This document shows positions 8,871-17,061 of a stretch of DNA of 64,000 nucleotides, one piece after another. A program made the translations under genes and the position numbers. Origin of the DNA: an uncultured Candidatus Sumerlaeota bacterium. GTDB lineage: Bacteria > Sumerlaeota > Sumerlaeia > MWCT01 > JAUWMI01. The stretch is from the NCBI GenBank assembly GCA_964454265.1, contig CAYVXD010000002.1, positions 888 to 64,887 of the forward strand, written 5' to 3'. The notes below the pieces were generated by a model. That model saw only the letters and a program-made list of their open reading frames with translations. It made no database searches and was not told the origin of the DNA. Each line of letters starts with the position of its first letter. The stretch's first letter is position 1.

Positions 8871-10430
8871 ATGATTATTCACCGACGTGCAGCTCGTCAG
8901 GTTAAAGTTCGTGCCGTTATTGACACAGCAGTTTTCCGCGACAAGGGATTGGATAGCCTCGATCCCATCGCCTGTATTATCGGAGCACGTATTGTGGCTG
9001 ACTGTGCCGCCTTCGTTTATACGAATGCCGTTATCTCCGTTGTAAACGCAGGTATTGCCGCTGACTGTGCTGTTATCCCATGCATCGATTCCATCGTCTC
9101 CGTTGTTAGTGCAGATATTGCCGGTCACTGTGCCGTTGACACTCGAATCGATTCCATCCTCTCCGTTGTTATTGCAGATATTACCGGTGATCATACAGTC
9201 CCTGTTTGCTATGATTCCGGAACCACCATTGTTGTAACAGCGCAGGGCATCAAATTGGGATTTCTCTGCCACACCAGCGTGAATTCCGCTCCCCCGCCAG
9301 TCGCGCACGGTGCCATTGCGGATGGCAATGTTATATTGGGCACCGTTGACATAGATGCCATGGCCAGTGGTCCCTGCTGCTTTGCCAGGCCCAATTAATG
9401 CGTGACCGTTCAGGTCCAGCGTGACATTGTCGGCATCAATAGTGATGCCATTTGTGTTCTGCGTAGCCAGCGTGAGGTCGCCAGTCAGGCGATACATTCC
9501 GGGCTGGGAGATGCTGTAGGGCAGCTCGCTTATGAGAATATCCAATTGATTGTCCGCTACCGCATCCACCGGTGTCGTGTTTCCGATCAAGGTGTTCCCT
9601 GAGACGATATTGTCAGCACCGTCAAGGTCCAGCCCGCGGTCATTATCCGTACAATGATTATCGCTAATACGATTGTCAGAACCAGTAGCGAGTATGCCAG
9701 CACCATCTCCTCCACTGCCGTTCGAGTCGCAGGTATTATCCACTACCCGGCAATCACTCGACACCTGTATTCCATCGCCGGTGTTACTCTGGCAGGTATT
9801 GCCGCTGACCGTGCAGCCTTCGTATGTATGGATGCCGTCGCCTGTATTACTACTGGAGGAATTGCCGGTAACTGTGCTGCCATTCCATGCAAATATGCCG
9901 TTGCCTCCGTTTTCACGGCAGGTATTGCCGCTGGCAATGCTGCCATGGCGTACATTGATGCCGTAGTCTTCGTTAGCTCTGCAGATATTGCCGCTGACTA
10001 TGCTGCAAGCGCCTGTAATGATGCCACCGATACCGTTGTTATAACATCGCAATGCCTCAAACTGACAGTTTTCGGAGAGTATGGCATTAACCCCATTCCA
10101 CTGCCAGTCGCGCACGGTCCCATTGCGTACGGCAATGTTGTATTGAGCTCCGCTGACCACGATTCCAGTGCCATATCCCCCTGCTGCTTTACCAGGCCCG
10201 ATTATCGCATGCCCGTTCAGGTCCAGGGTGACATTGTCCGCGTCAATAGTGATGCCATGCGTATTAGTCTGGGTTGTGGATAGGTCATCAACTACAATAT
10301 ATGAACCGGAGCTGGAGATGGTGTAAGGAATCTCTGCGATGTCAATCTGCCCATCACCAGCCCAGGCAGCTGCCCCCAGCAAAAGACACAAACCAAGAAT
10401 ACAAGCCGTTGTTGTGATACGTCGTTTCAT
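8865..10430 (-). CDS. Secreted right-handed parallel beta-helix repeat protein (pectate-lyase/NosD-like fold), two tandem modules
   Basis: 521 aa with a signal peptide (MKRRITTTACILGLCLLLGAAAWA). It shows repeated G-N-x-C-x-x-N-x-x-D-G-I beta-helix rungs. The N-terminal ~85-aa module (GDGQIDIAEIPYTISSSGSYIVVDDLS...NGHAIIGPGK) recurs internally (ELPYSISQPGMYRLTGDLT...NGHALIGPGK) and at the N-terminus of 10616..11668. Confidence 0.75.
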   Translation of the reverse strand: MKRRITTTACILGLCLLLGAAAWAGDGQIDIAEIPYTISSSGSYIVVDDLSTTQTNTHGITIDADNVTLDLNGHAIIGPGKAAGGYGTGIVVSGAQYNIAVRNGTVRDWQWNGVNAILSENCQFEALRCYNNGIGGIITGACSIVSGNICRANEDYGINVRHGSIASGNTCRENGGNGIFAWNGSTVTGNSSSSNTGDGIHTYEGCTVSGNTCQSNTGDGIQVSSDCRVVDNTCDSNGSGGDGAGILATGSDNRISDNHCTDNDRGLDLDGADNIVSGNTLIGNTTPVDAVADNQLDILISELPYSISQPGMYRLTGDLTLATQNTNGITIDADNVTLDLNGHALIGPGKAAGTTGHGIYVNGAQYNIAIRNGTVRDWRGSGIHAGVAEKSQFDALRCYNNGGSGIIANRDCMITGNICNNNGEDGIDSSVNGTVTGNICTNNGDDGIDAWDNSTVSGNTCVYNGDNGIRINEGGTVSHNTCSDNTGDGIEAIQSLVAENCCVNNGTNFNLTSCTSVNNHP

Positions 10431-10560
10431 AGTGCCGTCCTCCTTCTCTTTGTCACTTTACTTTGCAGTTCTACGTTTCGCCGTCTTACGCACTGTTAAA
10501 CCAATACGAACACAAGATATTCCATACTCTCAAAATCCACCCACTCCCCTCCTTTCTCTA

Positions 10561-10616
10561 AACGGACTAACTGACCAACGGACTAACGGTCTCAACCGAC
10601 AAACCGGCCAACCAAT
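10561..10616. repeat. 8-bp-periodic array (AACGG/AACCG nnn) x 7
   Basis: AACGG 10561, AACTG 10569, AACGG 10577, AACGG 10585, AACCG 10594, AACCG 10602 and AACCA 10610. It is preceded by CCTTTCTCTAAACGG, as in the other copies, and overlaps the stop of 10616..11668. Confidence 0.8.
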
Positions 10617-11668
10617 CAGAACGAGACGTTAAGCAAGTCGCCTGCACCCACCGTATTGCCACCAACAATATCGTAGTTTATGCCGTTTCCGCTGGCGCGA
10701 TTGCTGGCAATGTAGTTGCCCGTCGCCGGGTTGCAGTCAATCCCGCGGTCATTATCATTCACCAGGTTGCGTTCAATGCAATTGTCTGAACTCGTTGTGT
10801 GGATGCCCGCTCCATCTCCTGTACTGAAGCCGTTAGAGCCGCACGCATTGTCTACAACCCGGCAATCATAAGAGACTTGTATTCCGTCCCCTGTGTTGAA
10901 GCTGCAGTTATTTCCGCTGACCATACTGCCACCGGTATTGATACCGTAGTATCCGTTGCTGCCGCAGCTATTGCCAGTAACCGTACCGCCAGCCAGTACA
11001 GAGATGCCGTGGATCGTGTTGAACTGGCAGGCATTACCAATGACCGCACATCTTTCCTCTGCTTCAATGCCGTCCGCACCGTTTGAGCGGCAGGCATTGC
11101 CGCTGATCGAACAGCCTTCCCCCGCATCGATACCGTCGTCGCCGTTGCTCATGCAGACGTTTCCGCTGATTGCACAGCCATGGGATGCATAGATGCCGTC
11201 GTACGTGTTTTCATAGCAGGTATTACCGCTGACCGTACTGCCAGGGCCTGCAATAATGCCGCGGGAACCGTTGTTATAGCAACGCAGGGCCTCAAACTGG
11301 CTGTTGTAGGCGTAATCGCCATTAACGCCCGTCTGACGCCAGTCGCGCACGGTGCCATTGCGGATGGCAATGTTATATTTGGTACCATTAACAAAGATGC
11401 CATGGCCAGTGGTGCCTTCTACTTTTCCGGGGCCAATTATCGCATGACCGTTCAGGTCCAGTGTTACATTGTCGGCGTCAATAATAATGCCATCTATGTC
11501 AGTCGCAGTTGTGGACAGGTCGTCAACTACAATATAGGAGCCGGAGCTGGATATAGCATAAGGAATCTCAGCAATGTCAATCTGTCCATCACCAGCCCAT
11601 GCCCATGCGCCCAGCAAAAGCGACAATCCAATTATGCAAGCAATTTTTGTAATACTTCGCTTCATCAT
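10616..11668 (-). CDS. Secreted right-handed parallel beta-helix repeat protein, paralogue of 8865..10430
   Basis: 350 aa. The N-terminal 85 aa are ~85% identical to the paralogue (MMKRSITKIACIIGLSLLLGAWAWAGDGQIDIAEIPYAISSSGSYIVVDDLSTT...). Beta-helix rungs follow, such as GNTCYENTYDGI, GNVCMSNGDDGI and GNACRSNGADGI. Confidence 0.75.
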   Translation of the reverse strand: MMKRSITKIACIIGLSLLLGAWAWAGDGQIDIAEIPYAISSSGSYIVVDDLSTTATDIDGIIIDADNVTLDLNGHAIIGPGKVEGTTGHGIFVNGTKYNIAIRNGTVRDWRQTGVNGDYAYNSQFEALRCYNNGSRGIIAGPGSTVSGNTCYENTYDGIYASHGCAISGNVCMSNGDDGIDAGEGCSISGNACRSNGADGIEAEERCAVIGNACQFNTIHGISVLAGGTVTGNSCGSNGYYGINTGGSMVSGNNCSFNTGDGIQVSYDCRVVDNACGSNGFSTGDGAGIHTTSSDNCIERNLVNDNDRGIDCNPATGNYIASNRASGNGINYDIVGGNTVGAGDLLNVSF

Positions 11669-11791
11669 TTGATCACTCCTTTTTTGTTAGAATAGTATGG
11701 AACGTACACTTTTGCATCTCGCATTGTTTTCGTGCCAATCCCACAAGGACTCTTCGCACTCCAACAATACACGCCTCACCACCTTTCTCTA

Positions 11792-11852
11792 AACGGACTA
11801 ACTGACCAACGGTCTAACGGACTAACCGACCAACGGACATACGAATTAACCG
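11792..11852. repeat. 8-bp-periodic array (AACGG/AACCG nnn) x 8 in the leader of 10616..11668
   Basis: AACGG 11792, AACTG 11800, AACGG 11808, AACGG 11816, AACCG 11824, AACGG 11832 and AACCG 11848. It is preceded by the same CCTTTCTCTAAACGGACTAACTGACCAACGG block as at 10546. Confidence 0.8.
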
Positions 11853-11938
11853 ACTTTACACAACGAGCTTTCCAACTTTCACCTTCTCTGGTTTGGACTA
11901 TTTAAAAATGTAAAACCGGGTAGCAAAGTGCATCATTT

Positions 11939-12185
11939 ACTGACTAGCCATGTAAGTGACAACGCGGTTACTCTGACGCATCGTGATAGTGTATAATTTT
12001 TGTATCCATTTTTTTTTAATAAAAAGCAAAATTATTGTCAAACAGAATATCTAGTTTTCTGATTTTTAATTATGACTGGCAGTCGCGCCGGTTTGCATAA
12101 GAGCCTGTGCAAATTTTTGGTGAGATGAAAAAGGGAAAGCATTACGGGCAAACTGGCTCACGCAGGAATTAAGGTGACGCGATGG
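11939..12185. repeat. Copy 2 of the ~240-bp conserved non-coding module (see 6065-6300); contains an AT-rich insertion ~12000-12060
   Basis: Aligned blocks are as listed for copy 1. TGTATAAT lies at 11990-11997 (extended -10-like). Confidence 0.7.
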
Positions 12186-12384
12186 TCAGTCCAACAACCT
12201 GGTGGCCCAGGCGGCTTCATTCCGTAGCATTCAATTGCACCCATTTTTCCTCTTTACAAACACTGGTGGTATTGGCCAGAGTATTTCGGATTTGTGCGAC
12301 GAGTGCGCCTCTGGAGTAACGGAATCAGCCTGAGGCTGATAAATTGGGTGCGAATACGCGGCGCAGGGGTGAAGGGAGTGCGTG

Positions 12385-13146
12385 ATGCGCGTAGTGTTTC
12401 TGGGCACAGGCACGTCATTCGGCGTCCCGATAATTGGATGTCGGTGTCGGGTCTGTCAGTCAGAAAATCCGAAGAATAAACGGCTTCGCGCTAGCGTTTA
12501 CTGTGTGGAAGGAGACAGCCAGGTGCTGATTGATTGTTCGACCGATTTCCGCCAGCAGGCCCTTACGCACCAGATTGATCGTCTGGACGCGGTGCTATTT
12601 ACGCATAATCACGCTGATCATATCTCGGGGATTGATGATTTGCGCATCTACAACCTGCTGCATCACCGGGCAATTGATGTTTACGGCAATGAGGACGTTA
12701 TTAACGATATAAAGCGCCGGTATGATTACTGTTTTAATCCAGTACAGATCGGTGGGGGAGTGCCACAGTTTGAATTGCATCGTGCTGATGTCCCGTTCCG
12801 TATTGGTGAGATAGCCATCACCCCGATTCCGGTGTGGCACGGGAACCTGGAGATTTTGGGATACCGCTTGAATGATTTTTGCTACATTACTGACGCGAAC
12901 AAGATACCCGAGAGTTCGCTGGCTGAGATGCGTGGGCTGAAGCTATTGGTTATTAATGCATTGCGTGAGAAGCCCTTTGCCACACATTTCTCGCTGGCCG
13001 AAGCGCTTGAAATCGCGAAGGCTTTGCAACCCCGCCAAGCATATTTCACCCATATTTCTCACCGCCTGGATCACGAAGAGATTAACCGCACATTGCCCCC
13101 AGAGTATCAGCTTGCCTATGATGGGCTGACCGTTGATCTGGACTGA
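12385..13146 (+). CDS. MBL-fold metallo-hydrolase (PhnP/YhfI-like phosphodiesterase family)
   Basis: VFLGTGTSFGVPIIGCRCRVC...HNHADHISGIDDL (HxHxDH motif). RBS GAAGGGAG lies 6 nt upstream of ATG 12385. The ORF track starts at GTG 12382. Confidence 0.8.
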   Translation: MRVVFLGTGTSFGVPIIGCRCRVCQSENPKNKRLRASVYCVEGDSQVLIDCSTDFRQQALTHQIDRLDAVLFTHNHADHISGIDDLRIYNLLHHRAIDVYGNEDVINDIKRRYDYCFNPVQIGGGVPQFELHRADVPFRIGEIAITPIPVWHGNLEILGYRLNDFCYITDANKIPESSLAEMRGLKLLVINALREKPFATHFSLAEALEIAKALQPRQAYFTHISHRLDHEEINRTLPPEYQLAYDGLTVDLD

Positions 13147-13375
13147 AGTGGCTCGACCATAATCCTGCCGACATTTTTCTCCTTGAAAGGGCAATTTAAG
13201 CATATCCAGTGATCTTTACGTCGTTCTTCCCTCAAGCACAATCGCGCTATTGGCTGCCGGGAGATACGTGTTCGAAGAAACGTAAAAAAGCTATTGACAT
13301 GGCTTACAAGTGTAGGCTACCGCTTATTTGTGTTGTTAATTGGGCGAATCTAAAGATGCCGGAGGATCAATATTC

Positions 13376-13813
13376 ATGAAGAGAAGAGCCAAAAAAGTTT
13401 CCAGTCCACCACGTCTGTCTGAAGCTGAATGGATTATTATGAAGCCGTTCTGGGAACGGGGCGCACTGGCTGCCCGAGACCTATTCGCCGCACTTCCGTC
13501 TAATAATCAATGGGCTTATAAGACGGTGAAGACAATGCTTGCCCGGCTGGTAAAAAAGGCTGCTCTCGAATACACTCAGGTGGGAAACTCTTATCTCTAC
13601 CGTGCTCGATTCGGGCAGGAGGAGATGGTGAGGGCGGCGGTTAAGAATTTTTCCCACCGCGTGTTGGATGGGGCACTCAAACCTTTTCTTGTTCACTTTT
13701 TTGACGGTAGAGAGCCCTCGGCAGAGGAAATCTCTACTCTGCGCGGCATTCTTAAACAACTTAAGGAACAGCAAGCGCATGATAATGAGAAAAATGCGAG
13801 GAACAAAAAATGA
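13376..13813 (+). CDS. BlaI/MecI/CopY-family transcriptional repressor
   Basis: MKRRAKKVSSPPRLSEAEWIIMKPFWERGALAARDLFAALP...AYKTVKTMLARLVKKAALEY is a winged-helix penicillinase-repressor layout. GGAGG lies ~10 nt upstream of ATG 13376. The stop overlaps the next gene start (ATGA), consistent with translational coupling. Confidence 0.8.
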   Translation: MKRRAKKVSSPPRLSEAEWIIMKPFWERGALAARDLFAALPSNNQWAYKTVKTMLARLVKKAALEYTQVGNSYLYRARFGQEEMVRAAVKNFSHRVLDGALKPFLVHFFDGREPSAEEISTLRGILKQLKEQQAHDNEKNARNKK

Positions 13814-16800
13814 TGAATGCAATTATCACATTCTGGGCGCAATGGATGCTCGCCACATCGTGGCAGCTAGTAGTCATGGTTATAGTGGTTGGTGCTTTAT
13901 GTTTCTTTTGGCGCAAAGCCCCGGTGCGGATGCTGCATTTGCTCTGGCTTTTGGTTTTTATCAAACTCCTTATCCCACCGCATCTGGGACATGATTATTC
14001 GCTTGCCAATCTCCTGGTGCGTTCGGAAATTTTCACATCGCAGCATTTAGCGGTCAATAGTGCGCAAGAGGAATGGCAAGTTCCTGCCGTGCATTTGTCC
14101 AGGACTGCAATCGAAGGCCCAATTGCCATCGAGGATGAGAGCGTAATAAGCGATAATGAGGTCGGTTCATCTCTTCCGTCCACATCAGTTCAAGAATTTC
14201 CTATTGTCTCTGGTATAGGGCAATTTACTTACCAGCATATTCTTTTTGTCCTTTGGCTGGTGGGCGCTGCAGGGCTTTTGCTTAGAAGTTTGATGAGTGC
14301 CGGCAGATTCCGGGGGTGGTTATCTGCTTACGGACAGCCGCCACCTTCATGGTTTAAAGAAAAACTGGCAGAATGGTCTCAGAAATTCAGGCTCAGAGAA
14401 CCCCCAGGATGCTTTATTGTTTCGGGGAGCCATTGTCCGTGCCTTTTCGGCTGGTTCAAGCCCCAATTACTCTTCCCCAAGGATTTGTTAAAGCGCTTGA
14501 CCCCGGAGCAACTGCAAATGGCTGTTTATCACGAATTAACTCATATAAAGGGGAGGGATACCATTATGAACGGGCTGCAAAGTTTACTGCAAATTGTTTA
14601 CTGGTTTCATCCGCTGGTCTGGTTGGCGGGACGCGAGGTTCGGCATTACCGGGAGATGGTGGTGGACGAGGCAGTCGTATCTGCTCATAAGAACTTACCC
14701 AAGCATACCTATGAGCAAACGATTCTTGCCCTGGCAGAGCATAGTCCGGCACGCCCGGTGCCTGCGATGGTGGGAATTCTTGAGCATCGCAGTTTTGTGT
14801 TTAGAAGGGTGATGCGACTCGTCGCCAGCTCCTCCACAAGAATTGGTTGGCGCCAGACGTTTTTAAGCTGGGTGATGTTAGCTCTCTTTACTTTCTTTTT
14901 TATTCCAATGGGGATAAGTCAGCCTCAGGTTTCCCCATCGGATACGCTAAACGTTGAGAAGAAAGCGTTTCCCGAAGTTCTGAATGAGGCGCAGAGGCTC
15001 TATATGCAGTGGACGGGGGAAAGATTTTCTGGGTATCTTGACAAAAGTGATTATGCTGACCTCTCAGACTCCACCAAAGCGGAGCTTGAGAAGGGATGGA
15101 TTAGCATTCTGGAAGGACCATGGAGCCGCAAATATTATGATACGATTAATTGTCTTGCGGCTCTAAAGAGCAAAAAAGCCGTGAAACCGCTGCTCCATAT
15201 TGCTGCCGAGCGCAGGGAAAAGGACAATCGCGATCGCTGGATGGCGGTCAGGGCACTGGGGATAATTGGTGATGAATCGGTGGTGCCGGAGCTTATTCAC
15301 CTGATTTATCATTACAATCAGAACACGCGGTTCTGGGCGCAGATTTCGCTCGCACGAATCACAGGCGTGAATTTCGGCTATGACTGGCAAAAATGGGGTG
15401 AGTGGTGGAATCAGCAAGGCAAGCAACCTCCATTCTCACCTGAAAAAATCACCTGGACTACCAAATACCCTGAATGGGCTGATTCACAGAAGCAAAAGGA
15501 AAGTGATAGAAACTTCGTTGAAAGATTCAGCGGCAGAAAGGAAGAAGAGTCGGCTACCGTTAGTCCTGCTCCAAAGCCTGAAGTGAACTACCTTGGGCAA
15601 GCCAATTTCCCCAGCGTTGTCGCCCTTGACCCGCCAAATGGCGCCACTGACGTCGACCCTGCCCGTGAGCACATTACCGTAACTTTTGACCGCCCAATGA
15701 TGAGAGGCGGATATTCATGGGTAGACAAGGGCAAACGCCCCAAATTAGAGAAAATCGAATGGATTAATGACCACCAGTGTCGCGCATGGGTGACTTTGGA
15801 GCCGGGCCGAGAATATGGCGTATGGCTGAATTTTGGTCCGAGAACGTGTAACTTTAAAAGTCGAGAGGGTGTCTCTGCCGACCGCGTTTACTGGACGTTT
15901 CGCACTAGTTCCGCACAGCAGACAAGTGAAGTGGGGACACTTCAAGCAAAGATAGACAAGGCACAATCCGGTGGTGTCGTCATCGTTTCGCCAGGCAAGC
16001 ACGAAGGCCCCCTGGAAATCACCAAGCCCCTGACGCTGCGTGGCGAGGATGCCCGCACCTGCACAATTGAACTACTCGGCAACGAACCAACCATCACTGT
16101 AAGAGGCACCAAGGACGCTGTCCTTGAGAATTTGACGGTTCGCTGGGCTCCAAAATCAACTGATGTGCGTATTGAATCGCCTGCTGCAATTTACGTGCGA
16201 GACAGCGACGTGGTGATTCGCGGTTGCCGTCTTGAGCCCCTTGAGCGGCCTAAAGACACACCTTACGGCCTAATGGCTGCAGGCAGATCCCACGTGACCT
16301 TTACCGAAGGCAGGAGCACGGGCTTTGCCTACGCCCTGATTTTCCTTGAGGGCGCCAACGGTACTGTCAGCAACTCCATTCTCACAGATGCCGGGCACAG
16401 CGTGGTCACACTTCATGCCAACTCTCGTGTTAAAATTATCGGAAATATCCTTGGCCGATGTGAGTATCATGCGGTGCGTAATACTGGTGGGACAATGGAT
16501 ATGACCAATAATCTGGTAATCGCTGACAATCGCGCTGGCGCTTATCTAGGTAATAAATCGGCTCACGGGCGTATCGCCAACAATCTGTTCTCCCAGAATC
16601 GCGGAGCAATCTGGGCTTATGCTAGTTCCGACGTTACTATTGAGAACAACGTCTTTCTTGCTGAAAATGGCCCCGGCGTAGGGTTCCACGACAGCTGTGA
16701 CTTAACCATACGGAATAATTGCTTTGTCAACAATGCACAAGGTCTGACCAGGTATTCAAAAGAAGGGCGACCACCTGGCATCGGTGCGCGCACCAATGGC

Positions 16801-17016
16801 AACCACTTCTGGAACAATAAAGAAGACTTCGTGGATTTTGAAAAAGAGACCTCTGCGCTATACGGCGATCCGAAATTCACCGACCCCAGTAATGGTGATT
16901 TCACACCGCAAAAAGACTCACCGCTTCTGGATAATACAGGGCACCCACTCGCCGGGCTCACTGACCCCGAACCTATCCGCGCTCTCTGGGCCACCTGGGC
17001 TGCGCTGAATCAATAG
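13810..17016 (+). CDS. BlaR1-like M56 peptidase-domain membrane sensor with a ~800-aa extracytoplasmic extension (HEAT-like, Ig-like and right-handed beta-helix modules)
   Basis: It has N-terminal TM helices and HELTHIKGRD (HExxH of M56/BlaR1) with WFHPLVW. HEAT-like repeats follow (AALKSKKAVKPLLHIAAERRE...RWMAVRALGIIGDESVVPELIHL). C-terminal beta-helix rungs include NNLVIADNRAGAYLGN, ANNLFSQNRGAIWA, ENNVFLAENGPGVGF and RNNCFVNNAQG. Confidence 0.75.
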   Translation: MMNAIITFWAQWMLATSWQLVVMVIVVGALCFFWRKAPVRMLHLLWLLVFIKLLIPPHLGHDYSLANLLVRSEIFTSQHLAVNSAQEEWQVPAVHLSRTAIEGPIAIEDESVISDNEVGSSLPSTSVQEFPIVSGIGQFTYQHILFVLWLVGAAGLLLRSLMSAGRFRGWLSAYGQPPPSWFKEKLAEWSQKFRLREPPGCFIVSGSHCPCLFGWFKPQLLFPKDLLKRLTPEQLQMAVYHELTHIKGRDTIMNGLQSLLQIVYWFHPLVWLAGREVRHYREMVVDEAVVSAHKNLPKHTYEQTILALAEHSPARPVPAMVGILEHRSFVFRRVMRLVASSSTRIGWRQTFLSWVMLALFTFFFIPMGISQPQVSPSDTLNVEKKAFPEVLNEAQRLYMQWTGERFSGYLDKSDYADLSDSTKAELEKGWISILEGPWSRKYYDTINCLAALKSKKAVKPLLHIAAERREKDNRDRWMAVRALGIIGDESVVPELIHLIYHYNQNTRFWAQISLARITGVNFGYDWQKWGEWWNQQGKQPPFSPEKITWTTKYPEWADSQKQKESDRNFVERFSGRKEEESATVSPAPKPEVNYLGQANFPSVVALDPPNGATDVDPAREHITVTFDRPMMRGGYSWVDKGKRPKLEKIEWINDHQCRAWVTLEPGREYGVWLNFGPRTCNFKSREGVSADRVYWTFRTSSAQQTSEVGTLQAKIDKAQSGGVVIVSPGKHEGPLEITKPLTLRGEDARTCTIELLGNEPTITVRGTKDAVLENLTVRWAPKSTDVRIESPAAIYVRDSDVVIRGCRLEPLERPKDTPYGLMAAGRSHVTFTEGRSTGFAYALIFLEGANGTVSNSILTDAGHSVVTLHANSRVKIIGNILGRCEYHAVRNTGGTMDMTNNLVIADNRAGAYLGNKSAHGRIANNLFSQNRGAIWAYASSDVTIENNVFLAENGPGVGFHDSCDLTIRNNCFVNNAQGLTRYSKEGRPPGIGARTNGNHFWNNKEDFVDFEKETSALYGDPKFTDPSNGDFTPQKDSPLLDNTGHPLAGLTDPEPIRALWATWAALNQ

Positions 17017-17061
17017 ACGGCCATAAACCCTGACTTATTTCTCTCGCTAAGGAGAGTTGAC

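Noticed and set aside
8871-11695. Plus-strand ORFs 8871..9398, 9654..10283, 10799..11086 and 11180..11695, plus short minus-frame ORFs inside the beta-helix genes
   Set aside because: These are antisense or alternate-frame artefacts of GC-rich repetitive coding sequence. The minus-strand frames have signal peptides and coherent beta-helix repeats.
2789-11700. Diversity-generating retroelement, suggested by the Avd-like four-helix-bundle gene next to repetitive secreted proteins
   Set aside because: No reverse transcriptase ORF appears anywhere in the window. No template/variable repeat pair shows adenine-restricted mismatches. The near-identical 150-bp units differ at non-A positions.
8390-11852. 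CRISPR array
   Set aside because: The repeat unit is only 8 bp with 3-nt 'spacers', far below CRISPR repeat/spacer sizes. There are no cas genes.
11985-11997. Confident sigma70 promoter call for the duplicated module
   Set aside because: An extended -10-like TGnTATAAT is present in both copies. The nearest TTGACA-like hexamers are 25-31 bp away, which is non-canonical spacing. It is mentioned only as a possibility.
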